Shown here: positions 54,583 through 64,000 of the stretch, in pieces
Layout of the letters: every line of letters begins with the position of its first letter
Position numbering within the stretch: the first letter of the stretch is position 1
DNA from: Flaccisagitta enflata
Taxonomy: Eukaryota
NCBI GenBank assembly: GCA_965153355.1
Contig: OZ231126.1
Span: 7,440,001-7,504,000, forward strand
Direction of reading: 5' to 3'
Length of the DNA stretch: 64,000 bases
The notes under the pieces: model-generated
Databases searched by the model: none
What the model was told of the DNA's origin: nothing
Seen by the model: the letters and a program-made list of their open reading frames with translations, nothing else
Position numbers and translations under genes: made by a program

Positions 54583-56347
54583 CAAGGCCGGATACACGGG
54601 CCAAGACGGTGCGCCGGGCGTTATTAATTCTTAGACCTATCCCTAGCTCCATCAGATCTATCCCTAGCTCTATCAGACCTATCCCTAGCTCTATTAGAGC
54701 TATCCCGAGCTCTATCAGGCCTATACCTAGCTCTATCAGACCTATCCCGAGCTCCCGAATGTATGAATTAGTGAATGAACTGAATTTTAGTGAATGAAAT
54801 GTATTTTAGTGAATGAAATGAATTTTAGTGAATGAAATGAATCTTAGTGAATGAAATGAATTTTAGTGAATGAAATGAATTTTAGTGAATGAAATGAATT
54901 TTAGTGAATGAAATGAATTTTAGTGAATGAAATGAATTTTAGTGAATGACCTCAGCGTAGCTGATTATTCTAGTGAATGAAATGAATTTTAGTGAATGAA
55001 ATGTATTTCAGTGAATGAAATGAACGAAATGAGTTTTCAATTGATTTTAAACATTTTCAGTGAATGAATGAAATGAATGAATGAATGAATGGAATGAATG
55101 AATGAAATGAATGAATGAATGAATTAATAAATGAATGAATGAATGAAATGCATGAAATTAATGAAATGAATGAATGAATGAATGAATGAACGAATGAATA
55201 TATGAATGAATGAATGAATATATGAATGAATGAATATATGAATGAATAAAATATATGAATGAATGAATGAATGAATAAATATATGAATGAACAAATGAAT
55301 ATATGAATGAATAAAATATATGAATTAATGAATGAATGAATGAATGAATATATGAATGAATGAATGTATGAATATATGAATGAATGTATAAATGAATTAA
55401 TGAATAAATGAATAAACGAATGAATGAATGAATGAATGAATGAATGAATATATGAATGAAATGAATGAATGAATATATGAATGAAATGAATGAATATATG
55501 AATGAAATGAATGAATATATGAATGAAATGAATGAATGAATATATGAATGAAATGAATGAATGAATATATGAATGAAATGAATGAATGAATATATGAATG
55601 AAATGAATGAATATATGAATGAAATGAATGAATATATGAATGAAATGAATGAATGAATATATGAATGAAATGAATGAATATATGAATGAAATGAATGAAT
55701 GAATATATGAATGAAATGAATGAATGAATATATGAATGAAGTGAATGAATGAATATATGAATGAAATGAATGAATATATGAATGAAATGAATGAATGAAT
55801 GAATGAATATATGAATGAAATGAATGAATCAATATATGAATGAAATGAATGAATTAATACATGAATGAAATGAATGAATGAATATATGAATGAAATGAAT
55901 ATATGAATGAAATGAATGAATGAATACATGAATGAAATGAATGAATGAATATATGAATGAAATGAATGAATGAATATATGAATGAAATGAATGAATGAAC
56001 ATATGAATGAAATGAATGAATGAAATGAATGAATGAATACATGAATGAAATGAATGAATGAATATATGAATGAAATGAACAAAATGAGTTTTCAATTGAT
56101 TTCAAACATTTTCAGCGAGTTTTCATTCAAGCGTGACCGACGGATGGACAGACGGATAGAACCTCTTATAGAGGTGCTATGGCGCATCTGGGAATCATCC
56201 TAGCATATTTCTGAATCATTTCAAGTGATTTTTGCTTCTTTTTTTTCGAGATTTTCAACTCGAGCGTGACCGACCAACCGACCAACCGACCAACCGACCG
56301 ACCGACAGACAGAGCTAGTTATAGAGGTGCTATGGCGCACCTAAAAA
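54582..56347 (+). mobile_element. Expanded HINE-like element carrying three tandem arrays
   Basis: ACAAGGCCGGATACACGG...GGTGCGCC start; 21-bp, 19-bp and TGAA arrays; ends TATAGAGGTGCTATGGCGCACCTAAAAA. Confidence 0.7.
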
Positions 56348-56587
56348 CGTGTAAGTCAACACATTTTACGGTGAACTCTGTATGAGTCAGACTCACGAGA
56401 ATATCTCGACTTTCGGCCTGACGTGTCCTTGACAACAAAATGAAACATTGACCGATTTCGATTTTAACTCTTACCTTTCAAAATTATTCGTCATCGCGTA
56501 TCACTAAGAAAATATCAATTAAATAGTAATTGAATATGTTTTGCCAATAGGCCAGGCCGGACGCATCAATCAGGCTCGCTCCTTTGA

Positions 56588-56822
56588 TTTTTAGATGCGG
56601 ACGCGCAACTCTATAAGAGTCTTTGTCTATCGGTCCGTTCGTTCGTTGGTCCGTTGGTCCGTCACGCTCGAGTTCAAAGCGCGAAAAATGCGCATTCATT
56701 ATGCTGCTGTTGCCATCGGGTGTTTGCGAGTGTGTGGAAGGGTGATTAGGATAAGGTGAAGCTAGGGGTTAGTTGCCCCTGCCCACCCGTCCGCAACGAT
56801 ATTGTGACCCCGCGTCACTTGT
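56588..56822 (-). mobile_element. HINE-like element (GTGACGCGGGGTCAC subfamily)
   Basis: Same ends as 22380-22600. Confidence 0.7.
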
Positions 56823-57364
56823 TGAGATATCTAATGATGAAAATCTCACCAATAGATATACGTCAAACGTTTTACGATTTTTTCTAATTCAAACAATGTT
56901 ATACTATAACACCTGTGCAGATACAGTTTCTACGTAGCATAATTCATAGAATGCCGGTTTACTTACGTATGAAACGAGACCATGAGACTCGTATGAGATA
57001 TGCCACATCCCTGATAATAATACATCTCAAGGCCACTGGGCAAGAATTTCACCTACAATCGACGGGAGTTCAAATTGGTTTTTCCCGTTCGATCAATTAT
57101 GAATTTTAACTAAATCCGTTTCAAGAATGAAAAGCCTTTAGGAATTAATGTCCTTACGTTCCTACCAATTCAAACGTGACAAAAAGGATTTCTTTTCATA
57201 TACCTAAAATTGCGAACTTATGATGTTTTACTGAACAAGACAAAAAATTAAAAAAATTGAATTGCTTCAAGTTGGTAAGCGGCGCTGTGATTTAGCTTGG
57301 CTAGGACCATCATTTCAGCCAATTTCGCGCAATCCAAAATCACTTATGGACGCATCCTCGTATA

Positions 57365-57966
57365 ACACCCCTGACATAATTAGGCGAACTAGAAAAATTA
57401 GCAAAATTAACAGAAATAATGCATTCAGTGGGCTGAAATTTGACAGAGAGAGAGCTTAAATATAGTATTTTCACAAACCGGGGCAGATTTTAATACCGAG
57501 GAAAATGCGTGGCTCTCGGAAAGTGATATGCCAAAAAAGAAGTGAAAGATTTTGGCTGATTTCGACATGGAAATTTTGGATGATGAGACAACATTAACTT
57601 CTTCCAGTTTTACAACAAAAAATGCAAGAAAACATCAAATCTCAGGTTCTGGCATCGCTGTCAGACAAAAATGAGTCAACAGTGCAAAGATACAGTCAGT
57701 GACAGCTGCAAATAGTCACAAAACCCCTTGTAAAATAGAATGGTTTTACCAACAAATTTGAATCTAATAAAAACCTAGAATTTGCATGATATCATTTGAT
57801 GATGCTATTTGCGACTCCTGGTTGACTTAATATGAACTTTTTTTATAAAACCCTCATGGAAATAACATGTCATAATATCATCCTTAACCTGGAGTCCTGT
57901 TTTGGACTTTAAAACGCAATTATAAACATGTTCTGATCCCTGTTCGCCTAATTTTGTCAGAGGTGT
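57365..57966. mobile_element. MITE flanked by TA
   Basis: TIR ACACC(C/T)CTGACA(T/A)AATTAGGCGAAC. Confidence 0.8.
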
Positions 57967-58342
57967 TAGAGTCGCTTAGCAAGCGACTAAATAGACAAAT
58001 AAGAATATCATTGTCATTTCTTTATGTTTGCTTTTTGCAATTGAGAAAGTTCAGCTGGAGGACAAAATCTATACCAATCTCTTTTTAAGTTTTTTCTATT
58101 CTTATTCACCTGAAAAAAAAGGAGGAAAAGACAGAAAAGAAAATTGTTTTCACGGGAAATAATTCTCGTTCCAGTTCAAACACAAATTTTGTACGAATAT
58201 TTTCTCGTCTAAGCGTGTCAAATGAACCTCAGTCCTCAGTTACTGGGTCATTGAGCCACTCGCGTCGACCACGTTGAACTACCGCACTGTATCCAATGCG
58301 AGTATAGTTTATTTTTCTGTGCCCTGTGGAAATCAACTGGGC

Positions 58343-58893
58343 CAGGCGTGCATTTTTTGGAGTAACCAGTAACGCCGTTACTCGGAAGGACGCGGGGCCT
58401 CTCGGAATAGGGAGAAGAAGAAGAAGAAGAAGAAGAAGAAAAAGAAGAAAAACAAAAAGAAAAAGAAGAAGAAGAAGAAGAAAAAGAAAGGGAGAAGAAG
58501 AAAATGAAAAAGAAAAAGAAGAAGAAGAAGAAGAAGAAGAAGAAGAAGAAGAAGAAGAAGAAGAAGAAGAAGAAGAAGAAGAAGAAGAAAGAACAAGGCC
58601 GGATACATGGCTACCGAAGTCGCGTGTGGGTGGGCAGGGATAGTGATAAAAAGGGCTTTTCATACATTTGGGCAGGAGCAGACATGCAAAAACTGTTCAT
58701 ATTTGCCAAAAAAACTAATGGTGACAAACCAACGGACAAACAAACCGACATAGCGGTTTAAGGAGTTGCGTGCGTGCGACTGAAAAAAAAAAGAAAATAG
58801 CAGAGTAAAAAAAAAGTAAAAAAAGAACGTGAGAGACAGAGAGAGAGACAGACTGAGAGAGAGACATAGAAAAAGAGACAGAGACAGAGAAAA

Positions 58894-58973
<80 letters not shown>

Positions 58974-60807
58974 TGAGAGAGAGAGAGAAAGAGCCACATT
59001 TAATAGCGACTCAAATTTAAGTTTCTTTTATTTAGATTTATTAATCATTCAAATCATCCGAGGGGCACAACTTTCTGAATGCAGTTTCAGACGCTTTCAA
59101 AAACAAAAAGTTTATAAATCGGATGAATGAGCCATTAGTGCTCAAAGCCTCAAACCCAAGCGCCAGGTTGCCAGCTCACAGTGAGCAACCGCATCCCTGC
59201 AAAAGCCTTACGAGCGAAGCGAATGGAAGATAGATTCCAGCATTGAAGATTTCAAAAAAGATTTATTAAATGCATTGGCATTGCATGGATCCGTTTTTAC
59301 AAAACTTCACAATGAATAAAACCAGTATGATCTTTTTACACATGGAAAGTGAAAATTTTATCTGTTCATTTAATTTAAGCAGTGTGCTAGTATTTGGCTT
59401 TTATTCAAAATGACTAAAGTTTGAATGATTGTCATTTCAAAAACCAGAAGTCTTAAAACTGCATTATGCAAATTAGATGATTGATGATGAAACAAATTCA
59501 TCTTCATAAAACTCAGGGTTGGTGAACTTGAAGTTAGACAGGATTGGCAAGTCGGAAAATCCCAGGGGAAAATATAAGTTACTCGGAAGGAAAGAAAAAA
59601 ATGCACGCCTGGCGGGGCCTCTCGGAAGAGGAGAAGAAGAAGAAAGAAGAAGAAGAAGAAAAGAAAAGAAAACAAAAGAAAAAGAAGAAGAAGAAGAAGA
59701 AGAAGAAGAAAAAGAAAAGAAAGAAAAGAAAGAAAAAAGAAAAAGGAAAGGGAAAAGAAAAAGAAAAAGAGGGAGAAGAAGAAGATGAAAAAGAAAAAGA
59801 AGAAGAAGAAGAAGAAGAAGAAGAAGAAGAAGAAGAAGAAGAAGAAGAAGAAGAAGAAGAAAGAACAAGGCTGGATACATGGCTACCGAAGTCGCGTGTG
59901 GGTGGGCAGGGATAGTGATAACAGGTCGCCCAAGGGCAATATGTGGTCAGCGATACCCGTTGCCCTGCTTTGAGTGATTGTGAATTGGAGTAAGGGGAAG
60001 CAGGGCAGCGGCCCCGAAGGGGACGAAGTCCTGTAGAACACAGGGGGGACTTTGCTGTCCTGAAGAAGTGGATGAGATGCTATAGAGGACTGACTGAGGG
60101 CATTCAAGAGCCTAAACTGAGGTCTAAGAAGGCTGATATAAGGCCTCAGAATGCCGATTGGGAGCTTGAGAGGGCTAACTTGAGGCTTGAGAGAGCTGGA
60201 TTAAGGGATGAAAGGCCAGAGGACTGATTTGAAGGCTGGGAGCAATAAATAGAGGTTTAGATGGCTGATTTGAGGCCTGAGAGGCCTAATTTGAGGCATG
60301 AGAGGCCAGGTTTGAGGCCTGAGAAGCCAGATTTGAGGCCTGGAGGCCAGATTTGTGGCCTGAGAGGCCAGATTTTAGGCCTGAGGTCAGATTTGAGGCC
60401 TGGGTGGCTGGATTTGAGACCTGAGAGGCTGGATTTGCAGCCTGAGAGGCCAGATTTGAGGCCTGAAGGGTCTGATGAAGGGGACTAACGGACGAGCGAC
60501 GGACTAGCAACGGACGGCGAAAGTCCGAACACGGCCGGATACATGGCTACCGAAGTCGCTGTGGGTGCCGCTGATAAAAAGGGCTTTTCATACATTTGGG
60601 CAGGAGCAGACATGCAAAAACTGTTCATATTTGCCAAAAAACTAATGGTGACAAACCAACGGACCAACCAACCGACATAGCGGTTTAAGGAGTTGCGTGC
60701 GTGCGACTGAAAAAAAAAGAAAATAGCAGAGAGTAAAAAAAGAACGTGAGAGACAGAGAGAGAGACAGACTGAGAGAGAGACATAGAAAAAGAGACAGAG
60801 ACAGAGA

Positions 60808-60882
<75 letters not shown>

Positions 60883-61515
60883 ATGAGAGAGAGAGAGAAA
60901 GAGCCACATTTAATAGCGACTCAAATTTAAGTTTCTTTAATCTAGATTTATTAATCATTCAAATCATCCGAGGGGCACAACTTTCTGAATGCAGTTTCAG
61001 ACGCTTTCAAAAACAAAAAGTTTATAAATCGGATGAATGAGCCATTAGTGCTCAAAGCCTCAAACCCAAGCGCCAGGTTGCCAGCTCACAGTGAGCAACC
61101 GCATCCCTGCAAAAGCCTTACGAGCAAAGCGAATGGAAGATAGATTCCAGCATTGAAGATTTCAAAAAAGATTTATTAAATGCATTGCATGGATCCGTTT
61201 TTACAAAACTTCACAATGAATAAAACCAGTATGATCTTTTTACACATGGAAAGTGAAAATTTTATCTGTTCATTTAATTTAAGCAGTGTGTTAGTATTTG
61301 GCTTTTATTCAAAATGACTAAAGTTTGAATGATTGTCATTTCAAAAACCAGAAGTCTTAAAACTGCATTATGCAAATTAGATGATTGATGATGAAACAAA
61401 TTCATCTTCATAAAACTCAGGGTTGGTGAACTTGAAGTTAGACGGGATTGGCAAGTCGGAAAATCCCAGGGGAAAATATAAGTTACTCGGAAGGAAAGAA
61501 AGAAATGCACGCCTG
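58343..61515. mobile_element. Non-autonomous hAT-type element with 8-bp TSD and an internal tandem duplication
   Basis: TIR CAGGCGTGCATTT; AACTGGGC at 58335-58342 and 61516-61523; 58392-59611 is repeated from 59612; contains nested HINE-like copies. Confidence 0.9.
59921..60528 (+). mobile_element. Insertion of the ACAGGTCGCCCAAGGGC element with a 21-bp GATTTGAGGCCTGAGAGGCCA array
   Basis: Present in the second duplicated copy and absent from the first (GGGATAGTGATA|AAAAGGGC). Confidence 0.75.
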
Positions 61516-61906
61516 AACTGGGCTGCTGAATTCATTTGCGGATATGATGTAAAAAAAAAAAACAAAAAAAACAAACTAAAGCATTATGCTAAATTATGGA
61601 GTAATTCTAACCAATACAACCACCTAAACGCGGCTTTGGGATAAACCCAACGGGGTCGTCAGACAACGAAAGCGAGACTAAATCAAATCGGAATTCAGAT
61701 TTTGAGTCATTTTGACTCAGACCATCATCAGACCACCGAAAAAGGAACTAGAAATAATCTTTCATCGCGTCTCGAAAATTCCGTCTTTTTTTGGTTTGAA
61801 CAAGATAAGATTTGATTGATCGTGACACTGTTTAGTATTTTTAGAATAAGTATTAAGTATCAAGCATTAAAATCGTTAACGGCCGATGAAAACCAGGACC
61901 ACCCTA

Positions 61907-63030
61907 ACAAGGCCGGATACACGGCAATCCAGTCGCGGACAGTTGGGCAGGAGCAGTGATGCAAAAAACGCTCACAATTCAAAAATGTTACGGAGAGACA
62001 GACGGACCGACCGACCGACACAGCAAGGTGTAGAGTCGCGTGTCCGCGAATAAAAATCGCGGATGGATGGACAGGGGCGCAAAATACCCTAAAGGTAGTT
62101 GTTGACCGAGAAACGGATCAACGGACGGACCAACAGACACACCGATGGACCAAACGACTGAAGATGACGAACAATACTGGACAATCTACTGGACAATCAA
62201 CTGGGCAATCATATGACTAGGTCATACTGAGACTTGACATAGTTGTGTTAATAACTGATGAGTGAGGGAAGTGAGGAAGAGGAGCAGAAAGAGAGGGCGG
62301 AGTTGTTCCACTTTGAAAGACACCAAAAACAAAGAATCTATTTGTTCTTCACAGAACAATTCTCACTTAATTCAACTCACAAAGACACAAACGATTCAAA
62401 ATTAAACAAAACCTATTTAAAGTGAAAAAAATTTCGGAGTTTTTCTTTTCTTTTTCTTAGGTGCGACAAAGCACCTCTATAACTGGCTGTGTCCGTTGGT
62501 TGGTCGGTTGGTCGGTTGGTCGGTTGGTAACGCATTCGTTCGACGATCCACACCGTCGCACCTATTGGCCTATATGGCCTTGTTTCTTATCAAGTTGCAC
62601 GCACGTCGCACGCGACTGGAAATTATCAAGTCCAAAATCATTTTTTCGTCAGTCCATCCATAAGTCCGTATTGCCTATGTTTTGGTTTCGTTCTACCGCA
62701 CCGTCACTCTTGAGTCTTGACCATTTTAAAAAAATCAAAATTAAAGTGGGGGGGAGGGGGGGGTGGTTAATTTTTGGACCAGTGCCGGGGCTTCTCAACG
62801 ATTGCTCGTTTTAAAACTAAATCGTGGTAAAACAAGGCCGGATACACGGCTACCCAATTCGCGTGTGGGTGGGTACTGGGTAGTGGCCGTATTTGAGGTC
62901 ACTAAAGCATTTGGGGAGGAGAAATTAGGTCAAAGAAAAATGAGAACAAATTATGACCGACCGACCGACCAACTGACCGACCGACGGACGTACTAAAGCA
63001 GGGTTTTTAGAGTCGCGTAGCAACTGACTA
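61907..63030. mobile_element. Cluster of HINE-like elements (61907-62056 +, 62457-62583 -, 62831-63030 +)
   Basis: ACAAGGCC starts and terminal hairpins as in the other copies. Confidence 0.65.
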
Positions 63031-64000
63031 AGAATACTGGTGATACCGTGTATTTGAAAATGAGGCTCACAAGAGGAAGAGTAAACATTTGGGCAATTCA
63101 TTGACGAACAATAATCCACAAGTAATCAAGTATATTTAGTGAGATTTCGATATGACTCACTTGGGATGTTTGCACACGTGAAGCATTTTGACACGTGTCA
63201 AGATCAAGGCTTCTGTCATTTTTTTGAGGGTCGATCTCAGGGGCAAGTTGATATCGATCTCAGGGGAAAGTTGATATATCAAATTTTGAATCCAACAAAT
63301 AGGATTAGAAAGAATCAAGAGATACGAGCGGATTCAGGTTTCAATACTCGTGACTTTGCCTCTACAAATTTCGAGTGTTTGATTTAACCTTCTTTTTTCC
63401 ATCTTTGTCACGTGTCTGTAACTATGGCAAAAAAAAAACCGAACAACTTTTGAGAGAGCAAAAAAGTATGAAGATGTTGACCGATTTGCATAAAATTTAC
63501 AGTGAATGATAACCATGATATGGACTATGTCTGGTTAAAATTTCATCAAAATCCGTTGAAAACATTAGCCGTTATCACGTTTTTACTGAAGTCACCTCTT
63601 TTTTGGACTGCCAGAGATGACGTTTGTCCTAAATCAAAATAATACCATTTTTAGTAAAATTGGCATTGTGCAAAAAGTTTTGGGAGTTTTGTCATGATTT
63701 TTGAACTGTAGTCTGATAGTAATATTTACTAATACTAGGCAAAATTCGCATCTACTCAGATAAAGTTTAGTGGGGTAGATAATGGTTGATTGTAAGCTTG
63801 CTCAGGATAAGAAATATTCTGCTACCTGTTAAAATATTTTTGCAATTTGGGGGTCTAAAAATGCTTCAATCTTCACAAAAATTTTACTGGAGATGAATCA
63901 TATATACAAAAGTTCCCAGTTAAAAAATCATGATAATTGGTAGAAAACTCTGGCCTTAGCATCGATTTATACTTCAGATTTCATCTTCATTTACTTCATT

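Overview
Repeat-rich animal genomic DNA (spliceosomal introns, microsatellites, many non-autonomous DNA transposons); there is no prokaryotic or CRISPR content. Ten phase-consistent minus-strand exons (34687 down to 20023) encode the AAA1-AAA2 part of an axonemal dynein heavy chain (DNAH5/DNAH8 type). I found no further dynein exon in 1-20022 or 34688-64000, so both flanks look like very large introns. The main discovery lies in the downstream intron (1 to about 19.6 kb). It is an apparently intact, intron-containing gene cassette on the minus strand. One exon is a 1656-codon stop-free ORF (4969 down to 2) that the ORF track omits because it runs off the window. It encodes an OTU-type cysteine protease (DGKCGYHAI...HYDS), a long S/T-rich linker and a probable tyrosine recombinase. 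It can splice in frame to five upstream exons carrying a zinc-finger-like motif. Upstream sit a second 292-aa orphan gene and three related TTTGGA(C/T)AA satellite arrays. Together this looks like a large OTU-YR mobile element nested in the dynein gene. A second unusual pattern is that most dynein exons are flanked by decaying copies of their own exon/splice-site junctions, for example a 94-bp GT...AG array. The remaining sequence holds hAT, Tc1/mariner and MULE-like MITEs with visible target-site duplications (TSDs), a hAT element duplicated exactly at its own terminus, and a dozen or more Helentron-associated (HINE/DINE-like) elements with co-varying hairpins.
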